This document shows, piece by piece, positions 19,927 to 31,457 of a stretch of 64,000 nucleotides of DNA (the first letter of the stretch is position 1; every line of letters starts with the position of its first letter). The DNA is from an uncultured Chloroflexia bacterium (GTDB lineage Bacteria > Chloroflexota > Anaerolineae > JAAYZQ01). The notes beneath the pieces are model-generated. The model was not told where the DNA came from, ran no database searches, and saw only the letters and a list, made by a program, of their open reading frames with translations. The stretch spans positions 160,001-224,000 of the forward strand of contig CAVOXA010000009.1 of the NCBI GenBank assembly GCA_963700285.1, read 5' to 3'. The position numbers and the translations under genes were made by a program.

Positions 19927-21042
19927 CTATTCGATGACATAGTCGATGCCGCCTTCGCTGGCCATGACGTAGTTCATGCCGCCCACCTGGCGTACCATGC
20001 CCTTGAGTTCCATCAGGGCCAGGGTGCTGGACACCTGGGCAATGGGCAGTTGGACGGCGCGGCGCAGTTCGTCCACGTGCACCGGCTCGGCGGACAGCTG
20101 TCCAGCAAAAGCGCCTCAGTTTCGTTTTCGGGAATCACGGCCCGTACCTGGGCCTGCTCGCTGACCATGGTCAGGTTCAGTTCCTCCAGCACATCGGCCA
20201 CGTTGCACACCATCTTGGCTCCTTGCTGGATGAGCTGGTTGGTTCCCCGGCTGCCCCGGTCGAAGATGTTGCCCGGAACGGCAAACACCTCGCGGCCCTG
20301 CTCGGCGGCAAAATCAGCGGTGATGAGCGCTCCACTGCCCAGATCCGCCTCGACGACGACGGTGCCCAGGGTCAGGCCGCTGATGATGCGGTTGCGAGGC
20401 GGAAAGTTGCTGGCCTCGGGCTGGGTACCCAGGGCATACTCGCTCACCAGCGCTCCCCGCTCCACGATCTCGGCGGCCAGGCGGCCGTTTTCGCGGGGAT
20501 AGACCACGTCCACACCGCAGCCCAAGACGGCGATGGTCCGCCCGCCTGCGTCCAGGCAGGCCCGGTGGGCGACGGTGTCGATGCCCGCGGGCCATGCCGC
20601 TGACTACCGTCACGCCGGCCTGGGCCAGGCCGCTGGCCATCATCCGCGCAGCCTCCTTGCCATAGACCGAGGCCCGGCGCGTGCCGACAACGGCCACAGC
20701 CCATTCGTCCCTCTTCTCGATCCGGCCCCGCACATAGAGAACGGGCGGCGCATTGAATACCTGGCGGAGATTGGGAGGATAGTCGGGATCATCCCAGGTA
20801 AGGACGTGGACCCCGGCCTGTGCCAACCGGGCCACCTCGGCATCCAGGTCCAGTTTGTCCCGCATCTTGAGCAGGTTGCTCAGGGAGCGCCGGTCGAGGC
20901 CTGCCTGTCGCAGGTCGTGGGCTGGTGCCTGCCAGGCAGTCTCCAGGTCGCCAAAATAGTCAAGCAGGGCCCGCAGCCGAGCTGCACCAATGCCCGATAC
21001 TTTGTTGAAGCCAATCCAATAGCGAACATCCTGTTCCGACAC
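19927..21042 (-). CDS. dprA: DNA-processing protein DprA; apparent indels
   Basis: [54 protein letters not shown]-terminal MELKG winged helix. Confidence 0.93.
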
Positions 21043-21148
21043 GAGCCTGTGTCTCCTGTAGTGTTGTCAATGGCCGGTACTTGCAGCGGCTGCCAAGGAT
21101 CCTGAACCTCCAAGAAGAGAGCCCTCTGTCAGGATGGGAAGCAAGTTT

Positions 21149-21177
21149 AGGATACACCAGACAGGGGGATTTGTCAA
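21149..21177 (-). promoter_or_regulatory. Promoter for dprA-topA
   Basis: TTGACA-17 nt-TATCCT. Confidence 0.6.
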
Positions 21178-21294
21178 AGTCTGATGGTTGGCGCCAGAGA
21201 GCCAGGGCCATGCAGAGAACTCGATCCTCTGGGGGCACTGCCAGACGGGGGATGTCCGGCAGAAGGCTGAAAGCTATACTTGAGGCCTGCTTGC

Positions 21295-21878
21295 TCAGAT
21301 CAGTCCTTCAGGCAGTTCAACGACCAGCCGGCCGACCTCCAGATCGACCTCTAGTACCACGTTCGTCGATGGCTGGAATCAGAACCTCTCGGGGGTCTGG
21401 TCCGGCGCCACGAACAACGTACACTTCGTTGGCACCGGTGTAGATGATCTCGTCTACGCTGCCCAGGCAGCTCGCCAGACGCGGTCCATACTTCAAGCCC
21501 CAGGATCTGATATTCAAAGTACTCGCCTTCCTCCAGCGGGATCGCTTCGTCGAAAGGGACCTGAACCAGGTAGCCCGCGCAGAGCCTCAGCAGTGGCTCG
21601 ATCCTCGCAGCCCTCAAGCTGCAGCAATGCCCGCCCCTTGTGCAGGCGATAGCCTGGTCACAGGCCACGGGTGAAGGCTCCTCATCCTCCAGACCGAGGA
21701 ATACCCGCTCCAGCTGTCCAAAGCGGTGGGGATCATCGGTCAGGAGTTGAACCTTGAGTTCACCGCGCAGGCCGTGGGCGCCGACGATCTGGCCCACCGC
21801 CAAGTAACGGGGCTCAGGAGGACGTTCCTGCCCCCCTGAGCCCCGCTCGTATTCTGATCGATGGCCGCTGTGCGGCAC
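21295..21878 (-). CDS. rimM: 16S rRNA processing protein RimM; apparent indels
   Basis: VGQIVGAHGLRGELKV, LEEGEYF.YQILGLEV, TGANEVYVV, EVLIPAI, C-terminal LPEGLI; syntenic with rpsP and khpA. Confidence 0.9.
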
Positions 21879-21884
21879 GGCGCA

Positions 21885-22119
21885 CTAGACGATCTCCAGG
21901 GTCACCCGCCGACCCTGACGGGCAGCCGCTGCGCGCAAGCAGCGTCCGCATGGCATTGGCCACACGTCCCTGCTTGCCGATGACACGTCCCATGTCTTCG
22001 GGCGCCACGCGCAACTCGTAGATGGTTGCGCTGGTGCCTTCGATCTCTTCAACCTGGACCTGGTCTGGATCGTCTACCAGGGCCTTGGCCATGTACTCGA
22101 TCAGTTCTTTCATGTTCAT
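21885..22119 (-). CDS. khpA: KH-domain RNA-binding protein KhpA; one indel near the 3' end
   Basis: MKELIEYMAKALVDDPDQV...DMGRVIGKQGRVANAMRTLL...VTLEIV. Confidence 0.92.
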
Positions 22120-22163
22120 GTTCTGCCTCTCTTTCTAGTGTGTTTGTGAAGTGACGATACGTC

Positions 22164-22797
22164 CTATTCGTCGTCCTCGTCGGCTCGTCCTCTTCGACGT
22201 CATCGTCCTCAGTCCTCTTCCAAGTCCTCCGTCGTCTTCGGCTTCTAGTACCTCTGCTTCCTCAATCATCCTCTTGGTCGTCCACCTCGTCGTCACTCGT
22301 CGAGCAGATCTTCCTCGAGTTCGTCCTCGTCGTCCTCTTCCTCGTCATCCTCTTCTCCGGCGGCCTCAACAGCTTCCTCTTCAGCCTCGGCTTCCTCCTC
22401 GGCCTCGATCACTGCCTCTTCGACCTCCTCCTCAACCTCAACTTCGACGACTTCGGCTTCCTCTTCAACCTCAACTACTTCTATCAAGTCCTCAACCGCC
22501 TCAGTCTCAGGCTCTACTTCCGGCGGCGCCTCGCCACGCTTGATGGCTTCGGCTCTCGCCGAGATACCCATCTTGTCCAGCATGCGCTTGACCGCTTCGC
22601 TCGGCTGAGCGCCAACGCTCAGCCAGTAGAGCGCCCGCTCGGCGTCGATCTCCACGGTCGGCGGCTCGGTGCGCGGATTGTAGTGGCCAATCGTCTCGAG
22701 GAACTTGCCATCGCGCGGCGATCCGGGAATCGGCCACCACGACGCGATAGTGCGGCTGCTTCTTGGCGCCTACTCGGCGCAGTCTGATTTTTACCAT
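22164..22797 (-). CDS. rpsP: 30S ribosomal protein S16 with long acidic C-terminal extension; indels
   Basis: MVKIRLRRVGAKKQPHYRVVVADSR...YWLSVGAQPSEAV, then an E/D-rich tail running to about 22164. Confidence 0.9.
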
Positions 22798-22921
22798 GTC
22801 TCTCTAGACACCTCCTTCAAGTCTGGCTAGTCCTGATAACGCGTTTGTGGACTAGGTCCTCGGGTCGCCTGAGAGCAATTGACGTCGTCTTGGTCCGGGC
22901 TCGCGCTGTTGTGTACTGCAG

Positions 22922-24297
22922 TCAAGCTGTGTTCCGGCGCCAACCTGTCCAGCCCATCCCAAGCATGGACATCAAGCCTCGCATCCCGCCGCGACCGCGT
23001 TTGCCACCGCCGGCAAGTTGCTTCATCATGCGCTGCATCTGGCGGAACTGGGACAGCAGATCGTTGACCTCCATCACCGTCGTGCCGGAGCCGCGGGCGA
23101 TGCGCCGCTTGCGGCTGGCGTTGATGATGCGCGGGTTGTGGCGCTCCTCGGGCGTCATCGAGTTGATGATCGCCTCGATCATCTTCATCTGCTGGTCGGT
23201 GACCTCGGGCGCAATGTCCTGGGTCATCTGCGACATGCCCGGGAATCATGTCCAGCAACTGGCTGATCGGTCCCATCTTTTTGAGCTGCTGGAGCTGATC
23301 CCGGAAATCCTCCAGGTCGAACTCGCCCTTGACCAGCTTCTGGCCCATCTTGCAGGGCCTGTTCCTGGTCCATGACCTCTTGGGCCTTTTCGATGGCGGT
23401 CAGCACGTCGCCCATGCCCAGGATGCGGCTGGCCAGCCGGTCGGGGTGAAAGACTTCCAGGGCATCGGTCTTTTCGCCCACGCCCAGGAACTTGATGGGC
23501 ACGCCCGTCACCGAGCGGACCGAGATGGCCGCGCCGCCACGGGCATCGCCGTCCACCTTGGTCAGGATCAGGCCGGTGATGCCCACCCGCTTGTTAAACT
23601 CGTCGGCCACGCGCACGGCATCCTGGCCGGTCATGGCATCGACCACCAGCAGCACCTCCTGGGGCTTGGTCTGGGCCTTGACCTGCTCCAGCTCGCGCAT
23701 CATGTCGTCGTCGATGTGCAGCCGGCCGGCGGTGTCCAGCAGCACGACGCTGTAGGCCGCCTCGCGGGCGCGCTTGACGGCGTTGGCGCAGATCTTGGGC
23801 GGCGGGACCTTGGTCCCCTCGCTGTGGACCGGGATGTCGAGCTGCTTGCCCAGCACCTCGAGCTGCTTGATGGCCGCCGGCCGGTAGGTGTCAGCCGCCA
23901 CCAGCAGCGGCCGCTGCCCGCTCTTGCGCAGGTTCAGGGCCAGCTTGGCCGCCGTCGTCGTCTTGCCCGAGCCCTGCAAGCCCACCAGCATGATCACGTG
24001 CGGCGACGGCCCCGACAGATCCAGGCGCGCCGGCTCGCCCAGCGTGGCGATCAGCTCTTCGTGGACGATCTTGATCACCTGCTGGGCCGGCGTCAGGCTC
24101 TTCATCACCTCGACGCCGACGGCCCGCTCGCGGACGCGCTTGATAAAGTCCTTGACGACCTTAAAGTTGACGTCGGCTTCCAGCAGCGCCAGCCGGACCT
24201 CGCGCAGGGCGGCATCAACGTCCGCCTCGCTCAGCTTGCCCCGGTTGGAGAGCTTGCTGAATACGCCCTGTAGTTTGTCCGACAGGTTCTCAAACAC
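22922..24297 (-). CDS. ffh: Signal recognition particle protein Ffh; two apparent indels
   Basis: [41 protein letters not shown]-domain [17 protein letters not shown]. Confidence 0.97.
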
Positions 24298-24339
24298 AGT
24301 GCGTTCCTTGTCTGGCCTGAATCCAATTACCGAGTCTAT

Positions 24340-24368
24340 ATTCTATGTCAGATGGCAGATTTCGTCAA
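24340..24368 (-). promoter_or_regulatory. Promoter for the ffh operon
   Basis: TTGACG-17 nt-TAGAAT. Confidence 0.65.
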
Positions 24369-24534
24369 GCTTGCGGGCGAGTGGGGCGGCTCACCGCGAC
24401 ATTCGGCCAAGAGGCTCTCTGGGGCGCTGTGGCTTGCGGAGCGCAGCTTTTGGATCATTTCCCTGCCTCGACCGCCCTCAAGACGAGAACTACGATTCCA
24501 GGTGCAACTACCCTGGCCTGTACTGCGCAATCCG

Positions 24535-24563
24535 TTGACAGCCCACCCAAAGTGGGGTAGAAT
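24535..24563 (+). promoter_or_regulatory. Promoter for the ADH gene
   Basis: TTGACA-17 nt-TAGAAT. Confidence 0.7.
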
Positions 24564-24609
24564 GGCGGCAACCTGCTGACCGTGCAGGGCTTTTTGCGAG
24601 GTGGTGCGC

Positions 24610-25612
24610 GTGAAGGCAATGATCCTGCGGGAGCCAAAACCAGCCGAAGAGAACCCGCTAGCCTGGGCAGATCTGCCCAGGCCAGAGCCTGCTGCCGGCC
24701 AGGTGCGCCTGCGCGTGCGGGCCTGCGGCGTGTGCCACACGGATCTGCACCTCGTGGAGGGCGAGATCCCGCTGCCCCGGCTGCCTGTGGTGCCCGGCCA
24801 CCAGATCGTCGGCGGAAGTGGATGCCCTGGGTGAGGGCGCGAGCCGTTATTCCCTTGGCGACCGGGTTGGGGTGCCCTGGCTCTATTCGACCTGCGGCGC
24901 CTGCGATTACTGCCAGCGCGGCCTGGAGAATCTGTGCGACAATGCGCGCTTTACGGGGCAGCACGCCGACGGTGGTTTTGCCGAGTATATGGTTGTGCCG
25001 GCGGGCTTTGCCTACGCCATCCCGGATGGCTTCCCGGATGCGCAGGCAGCGCCGCTCCTGTGCGCGGGCATCATCGGCTACCGCTCGCTGCGGCTGTGCG
25101 AGATCCAGCCGGGTGGCCGCCTGGGACTCTATGGCTTTGGCGCCTCGGCCCACGTGACGATCCAGGTGGCCCGCCACTGGGGGTGCGAGGTCTATGTCTT
25201 CACCCGTAGCGAGGAGCACCAGCGCCATGCCCTGGACTTGGGCGCGGTCTGGGTGGGCCAGGCCCAGGATACCCCGCCTGAAGAACTGGATAGCGCCATC
25301 ACCTTTGCCCCGGCTGGCTGGCTGGTGCCGGAGGCGCTGCGGGTACTGCGCAAGGGCGGCACGCTGGCCATCAATGCCATCCACATGAGCCCCATTCCCG
25401 AGATGTCCGTATGCGACACTCTATGGTGAGCGTACCGTCCGCAGCGTGGCCAACGCCACCCGGCAGGATGCCCAGGAGCTGCTGCGATCTGGCGGCCGAG
25501 ATCCCGATCCATACGGATGTGGAACTGTATCGGGCTGGATGAGGCCAATGAGGTGCTACAGCGTCTGAAGAGGAGCGAGATCCAGGGCGCGGCCGTGCTG
25601 CAGTTGTCGTGA
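24610..25612 (+). CDS. Zinc-dependent alcohol dehydrogenase family protein; indels
   Basis: [19 protein letters not shown].......[23 protein letters not shown]. Confidence 0.92.
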
Positions 25613-25660
25613 GCTCCCTCGGCCTGGGACATTCATCTAACTTTGGAGGACAGCTTCTGT

Positions 25661-26473
25661 ATGAGAGACCGAGTTTTTTTACTAGCTGGTCTGATCGTCG
25701 TTTTGGCCCTGGTGCTGATGGGCTGCTCGTTGGGGCCCATCGGGGCGGCGAGAATCACAGCCACGCCCACCAAGACGGTGCGTCCAATCTTGACGGCGAC
25801 CCTGACGCCCACCGCTTCTCCACCGGCCACTGAAACGCCCCTGCCGACTGATACCCTGCCGCCACCCACCGATACGCCGGTTCCGACCGATATACCTTTG
25901 CCCACAGATACACCTATGCCCACTGATACGGCGCTGCCGCCAACCGATGTGCCTCTGCCGACCGATACGGCCGTGCCTCCGACGGATACGCCAGCGCCTC
26001 CGCCAGACACTCCCCAGCCGGCGGCGACCAGTACCCCTGCTCCACCCACGAATACGCCCAAGCCCAAGGTTGATTTCCAGATCAGGGAGATCGTGGCCAA
26101 AGAGGACGGGAGCTTGACAAAGTCTGGATTTCACAACATCTACTTCACCGTGATTGATGCCAGCGGTAGCCCACTCGATAACATCCTTCTTGACGACGAG
26201 AACGGCCAAGCTCACTTCCAGCCAGTAACCGGTTCCAAGGGTCCTGGCAAGGCCGAGTTCGAGATGCTCTATGCCGTCTACAACTTCAAGGTGGTGGGAG
26301 ATACCAGTGGCAAGACTTACACGAGCGAGATAACTCACCCGTTGACTGTGCTACAAGGGCAAGGGGTCTGGGATGACTTGATCCGTGGAGGTATCTGCGC
26401 CGATATACCCTCCTGCCAGGCCCTGGGACAGATTCACTATAGCTACGATGTCACTTTCCAGCGGACGTGGTAG
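25661..26473 (+). CDS. Lipoprotein with Pro/Thr repeat linker and beta-rich C-domain
   Basis: Lipobox LMGC; about 10 PTDTP-type repeats; C-terminal HYSYDVTFQRTW. Confidence 0.8.
   Translation: MRDRVFLLAGLIVVLALVLMGCSLGPIGAARITATPTKTVRPILTATLTPTASPPATETPLPTDTLPPPTDTPVPTDIPLPTDTPMPTDTALPPTDVPLPTDTAVPPTDTPAPPPDTPQPAATSTPAPPTNTPKPKVDFQIREIVAKEDGSLTKSGFHNIYFTVIDASGSPLDNILLDDENGQAHFQPVTGSKGPGKAEFEMLYAVYNFKVVGDTSGKTYTSEITHPLTVLQGQGVWDDLIRGGICADIPSCQALGQIHYSYDVTFQRTW
25830..26060 (+). repeat. Coding tandem repeat (P)PTD(T/I/V)(P/A/L), 18-21 bp units
   Basis: Recurring CCNACNGATACN units. Confidence 0.8.
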
Positions 26474-26568
26474 GCGATGGAATCCAGGCTGAACCCTGGC
26501 CTCGCCATGAAGACGGGCTGTAGCGCCGGGGGGCTCTCGGACCGTGGGACAGAGCAGTGGAGAGGGCG

Positions 26569-28320
26569 ATGACGGTTAGCCGGTCAGGGACCCGGTGGCT
26601 CGGCTGTGGCTTGGGCCTGATCCTGGCCCTCGTGGTCATGGCCGGGGGTCTGGTGCTGACTCACCCGCTCTGGTCGGAGCTTTCTGTTCAACGTGACCGG
26701 CGAAGAATCGCTAGCCGGCCAGGTGCGGGGCGGCCTGGAGTGGCTGGGCAATATCACCCGCCCCCGACCCGAGACCGCCGATCTTGTGCCGGTGGCCAAC
26801 GCCGGCGTCAATCCCTTCGGCGTGAACATCTTTCTGGAGCAGGAGGTCGAGCCGGAGAAGCGGGAGCAGGCCGTGCAGATGATCGCCGATGCCGGCTTTC
26901 ACTGGATCCGCCAGGAGTTCCCCTGGGAGGACATCGAGATCCACGGCAAGGGCGATTTCGAGGACCGCCGCCACGAGCCGTACCGCTCCGCCTGGGACAA
27001 ATACGACCAGATCGTCGACCTGGCCGAGCAGTACGGCCTGGAGATCATTGCCCGGCTGAGCAACCCGCCGGCCTGGAGCCGCGCCGAGGGCGACGCCGCG
27101 GGCGCCTTTGCCCCGCCCGACAACCTGGACGACTATGGCGACTTTGTCGAGGCGGTGGTGCGCCGCTACCAGGGTCGCATCCGCTACTACCAGATCTGGA
27201 ACGAGCCCAACATCTATCCCGAGTGGGGCGAGCGGCCGGTCAGCCCTGAGGAGTACACCGAGCTGCTCAAGGTGGGCTATACGCGGGTCAAGGCGGCCTG
27301 CCCCGAGTGTGTCGTCATCTCCGGCGCGCTGGCCCAGACCATCCCCCTCGGGCCCCGCGACCTGAACGACTTCATCTTTTTGCAGCGGATGTACGACGCC
27401 GGGGCGGGCGACTACTTCGACGTGCTGGCCATGCAGGGCTACGGCCTGTGGTCCGGCCCCACCGACCGGCGGATGCGGCCGCGGGTGCTCAACTTCTCGC
27501 GGCCCCTCTACCTGCGCGAGATCATGGTCCACAATGGCGACGCGGACAAGCCGATCTGGATCACCGAGATGAACTGGAACGCGCCGCCGCCCGATTTGCC
27601 CGAACAAGCAGTTCGGCCTCGTCACGCCCGAGCAGCAGGCCCGCTACGCGGTGCTGGCCTACCAGCGCGCCCAGCAGGAGTGGCCCTGGCTGGGCGTGGT
27701 CAACGTCTGGTTCTTCAAGCGGGCCACCGACGCCGAGCACGGACCAGGCCATGTACTATTTCCGCCTGGTGGAGCCCGACTTTACGCCGATGCCGGTCTA
27801 CGACGCGCTGAAGGATTATATGCACCAGCGACGAGGCGCGGGTCCTGTATCCCGGCGTGCACCAGGAGGACCACTGGGCGCTGGAGTACGAGGGGGAGTG
27901 GACGCCGCGACTCCATCCCGACGCTGAGCTGGGCTCCGACCTGGCGACGCCTGATTCCTCACAGGCGATCTTGAGATTCGCCTTTGACGGCACCGATCTG
28001 TGCCCTTAAAGCCGGGCCGGATGTCCGCGGAGCGATCGTCTATACAATCGACGGTGGCGCTGAGCAAAAGATGGGCATCGACGCCGGCCGGCAAGTACCG
28101 CTGGCCCAAGGTCTGGCAAGCGGCCGTCACGACGTCACCATCCGGGCCGCTTCAGGTAGGACTGTCGGTGGACAGCCTGACGGTCCGGGATCGTTTGGGT
28201 TATGGGCCGTGGCTGGTCGCCGGCGGCGTGATCCTGGCTGGAATCCTCGTCGTAGTTCTGATCCTCGGCGCGGCAGTCCGGCGTCGCCGCTGGTATGAGC
28301 GCAGCCGGGCGATTCGCTGA
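26569..28320 (+). CDS. Membrane-anchored clan GH-A glycoside hydrolase (GH5/GH39-like); several indels
   Basis: WIRQEFPW..IE, YQIWNEPN (acid/base), KPIWITEMNW (nucleophile); TM segments at both ends. Confidence 0.85.
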
Positions 28321-28327
28321 GCGAAAC

Positions 28328-30721
28328 ATGAGCGGCGGAAAGAGTTGGCTCCTAATTCTGTTGCTTCTGCTCATCTTGCTCCTGGCTCTGGGCCTGCGTC
28401 TCTATGGGCTGGATGCGCAGAGCCTGTGGAATGACGAGGGCACCAGCGTGGCCCTGGCCCAACGAGACCTGGCCACCATCGCCCGGGACGCGGCCCTCGA
28501 TATCCACCCGCCCCTCTACTACTGGCTGCTGAGCGGCTGGCTGCGGCTGGTTGGCATCAGCGAGGTGGCCGTGCGTTCCCTGTCAGTGTTGTTGGGGGTT
28601 GTCCTGGTCCTGCTGACCTATGTTCTGGGGCGGGCGCTGATGGGGCGTTGGGCCGGGCTGGCTGCGGCCTTTTTGGCGGCCATCGACCCGTTCCAGGTTT
28701 ACTATTCGCAGGAAGCGCGCATGTACATGCTGCTGGCGGTGCTGGCCACTGGCGCGGTGCTGGCCCTTGTGTGCTTGGTGGAAGGGGAGTCGTGGCTTAC
28801 CTTTCTCTTCTTGGTTGTCCTTGAGGCGGCGGGTCTCTATACCCACTACTCCTTCGCCTTTGTCGTCCTTATCCTGAATCTGGCCTATGGGCTGTGGTTG
28901 GTCCTGAGCAGGCGATCGACCCCGGTCGGGCCGCGGGCGGCGCGATGGGCGCTGTCGCAGGTGGGCGTGCTCTTGCTCTATCTGCCCTGGCTGCCCACCG
29001 CGCTCCAGCAGGTGACGTCCTGGCCCAATCTGACAAGGGCTGGCATCTCAGCCTCCCCCTTGCCAACCGTTCTGGCCAATACATGGCGCTGGCAGGTTCT
29101 GGGGCCAACGATTGAGACCGTACAGGTGGCCCTTCCCCTGTTGGTTGCTGGAATTGCCGCTGTTGCTGGCGTGCTCTTCCTGGCCCTGGGCTGGCTGGGA
29201 AGACCTTCGCCGCACAACCGGTGGAGCGCCGCTCTGCTGTTCCTGTGGGTCAGCCTGCCGGTAGCGCTGATGGTCGCGCTGGTCCTTACTCGCGATGCCT
29301 ATCTGAAATTCCTCCTGGTGACGGCGCCCCCAGCCAGTCTGCTCATGGCCGGAGGACTCACCAGCGCTCCAGGCGAGGCTTCGATCCATCGCCATCTTGG
29401 ATCGCGGACGGCCTTCATCGCCCTTCGCCTGGTGCAGGTACTGGCTGCCGCTTGCATTGTGGCTGCCAGCGTGGTCGCGCTGCGCAACTATTATACCGAC
29501 CCAGCCTACGCCCGGGATGATTACCGGGGCATCGCCTCCTACGTGGAGGCTGTGGGCCGTCCCGGAGATGCGATTGTGCTGAACGCACCGGGCCAGCAGG
29601 AGGTTTTCAGCTACTACTACCAGGGCGAGCTGCCGGTCTATCCCCTGCCCGAGAACCGCCCCCTGGATCCGGCAGTCACCGGTCCGGCGCTGGCCGCAAT
29701 GGCCCAGCCCGGTGGGCGCGTGTTCGCGCTGTTCTGGGCAACCGATGAGAGCGATCCGGACCGCTTTGTTGAGGGCTGGCTGGACGAAGGAGCCTACAAG
29801 GCCATGGATTCGTGGTACGGTAACGTGCGTCTGGCTGTTTATGCCCTACCCGAGCAGACAGCGCCAGGACCCGAACAGGTCTTGGACATTCCACTGACCA
29901 ATCCAGACAACGGGGACGAGATTGCCTTGCTGGGTTATGGCCTCCAGAGCGAGCACCTGGCTGCGGGAGAGATCGCCCAGTTCGGGCTCTACTGGCGGAC
30001 TGAGCGGACGCCTCAGGCGCGCTACAAGGTCTTTCTTCATGTCTTGGATAGCGGGGACCAGATCGTTGGCCAGCGGGATGCTGAACCCGGAGGTGGGGCG
30101 CGGCTGACCACGCTTTGGGCGCCGGGAGAGGTGGTCGCCGACAACCACGGCGTGGCCATCCATCCCGCCACCCCGCCCGGAGTGTATCGTGTTGAGGTGG
30201 GGATGTATGATCTTGAAACGGGCCAGCGTCTCGTCACGGATGAAGAGGAGACGCTGGTCTGGTTGGAGCCGCTGACCGTCGAGCGGCCCCCGGCGCCGGC
30301 GCCTGCCGCCGCGCTGAACATGCAGCATGATGCTGGGGCGGGCAAGGGCTCCTTGCTATTGCTGGGCTATGATGCCCACCGGCTGGGTTTTGCCCATCAG
30401 CCCGATGCTGCACTCCGGCCGAGTGACATGTTACACGTGAACCTGTACTGGCGGGCGGACGAGGTACCTGCCGGCGACTGGCAGGTTGAAATCCTGGTGG
30501 TGGATTCAGGCGGGCAGGAATTGGTGGGAGTCGTGGCGGACCCAGTTGGCGGTTATCCCACCAGGCTCTGGCAGGCGGGGGACGTGTGGCGCGGCCAGTT
30601 TAACCTGGCGCTGCCTGGCGATACGGCGCCAGGGCAGTATCGCTTGCAGGTGCAAGGGCTGCCGCCCGAAGGCCCGGCGGCGCAACCATATTTGTCGGAA
30701 ATGTTTCGCGTGGAGCCGTAG
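28328..30721 (+). CDS. GT-C fold glycosyltransferase (GT39/ArnT-like) with two extracellular beta domains
   Basis: SLWNDEG, DIHPPLYY, YYSQEARMY; many TM segments; two LLGY..LYW..W..G.V..PG.YR domains. Confidence 0.88.
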   Translation: MSGGKSWLLILLLLLILLLALGLRLYGLDAQSLWNDEGTSVALAQRDLATIARDAALDIHPPLYYWLLSGWLRLVGISEVAVRSLSVLLGVVLVLLTYVLGRALMGRWAGLAAAFLAAIDPFQVYYSQEARMYMLLAVLATGAVLALVCLVEGESWLTFLFLVVLEAAGLYTHYSFAFVVLILNLAYGLWLVLSRRSTPVGPRAARWALSQVGVLLLYLPWLPTALQQVTSWPNLTRAGISASPLPTVLANTWRWQVLGPTIETVQVALPLLVAGIAAVAGVLFLALGWLGRPSPHNRWSAALLFLWVSLPVALMVALVLTRDAYLKFLLVTAPPASLLMAGGLTSAPGEASIHRHLGSRTAFIALRLVQVLAAACIVAASVVALRNYYTDPAYARDDYRGIASYVEAVGRPGDAIVLNAPGQQEVFSYYYQGELPVYPLPENRPLDPAVTGPALAAMAQPGGRVFALFWATDESDPDRFVEGWLDEGAYKAMDSWYGNVRLAVYALPEQTAPGPEQVLDIPLTNPDNGDEIALLGYGLQSEHLAAGEIAQFGLYWRTERTPQARYKVFLHVLDSGDQIVGQRDAEPGGGARLTTLWAPGEVVADNHGVAIHPATPPGVYRVEVGMYDLETGQRLVTDEEETLVWLEPLTVERPPAPAPAAALNMQHDAGAGKGSLLLLGYDAHRLGFAHQPDAALRPSDMLHVNLYWRADEVPAGDWQVEILVVDSGGQELVGVVADPVGGYPTRLWQAGDVWRGQFNLALPGDTAPGQYRLQVQGLPPEGPAAQPYLSEMFRVEP

Positions 30722-30745
30722 CCGGTGTCTTGATGATGGCTGCTC

Positions 30746-31237
30746 CTAGGGCGTGGGCGAAGGCAGTGATTGGGCCGGCAAAGGGATGATCAGCTCCTGA
30801 CCGATATAGATCACGTCTGGATTGGCGAGGCCGTTGGCCCTGACGATGGCTTGAACCGTTGTACCATAGCGCTCAGCGATGCCGATGAGGTTCTCGCCCT
30901 TCTGAACTAGGTGGGTGACGGCGCCCACCGTGGGCGTGGCCGACGGCTCAGGCGACATGGTTGGGGTAGGGGCGGTGGTGGGTGACGGCGGGACGGTGGG
31001 CGTCCTCGTGGCCGGAGGGATCGGTGTGTTGGTGGCAGAAGGCGTGGCGGTGGGAGGAGCAGTACTCGTGACGGTAGCCGTGGCTGTGTTCTCAAAGGTG
31101 GGCCGCAGTGTCTGGCTGGGCGCAGGCGTATCCTTTGTGGTCTTGGATGGACTGCGCATCAAACCAAGGGTGACGGTCACCGCAAGGTAGAAAAGCAGTG
31201 CCAGTATCATTAGCAGTTGCCAGTCTCGCCACTTCAT
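30746..31237 (-). CDS. LysM-domain protein with TM anchor and Pro/Thr linker
   Basis: HLVQKGENL.GIA.RYGTTV.AI..ANGL.NPD.IY.GQ.L.IP. Confidence 0.92.
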   Translation of the reverse strand: MKWRDWQLLMILALLFYLAVTVTLGLMRSPSKTTKDTPAPSQTLRPTFENTATATVTSTAPPTATPSATNTPIPPATRTPTVPPSPTTAPTPTMSPEPSATPTVGAVTHLVQKGENLIGIAERYGTTVQAIVRANGLANPDVIYIGQELIIPLPAQSLPSPTP

Positions 31238-31457
31238 TGTTCGTCACCTGTGTCAGAGCCCCGCAAGGTTGCATTGACAGCGGGGCATGATCGGTCGCGA
31301 TGGGGGGCATTATACCACGTCGGGACCCATCGGGCAACCGTGCAGCACTGGTGCCAGATGGGGCGGGTTGCTTTGAGCAGGGCTGTATTTGGAGGGGCTC
31401 CAGAGGGCCCCGGAGAGAATTCGATCCTCTGAAGCCGGATGGGCCAGGGAGCAGGAT

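Noticed and set aside
4122-28320. Mass pseudogenisation or programmed frameshifting of AOR, topA, dprA, rimM, rpsP, ffh, ADH and GH
   Set aside because: Essential genes are hit and the flanking protein sequence is undegraded, which is typical of long-read indel errors.
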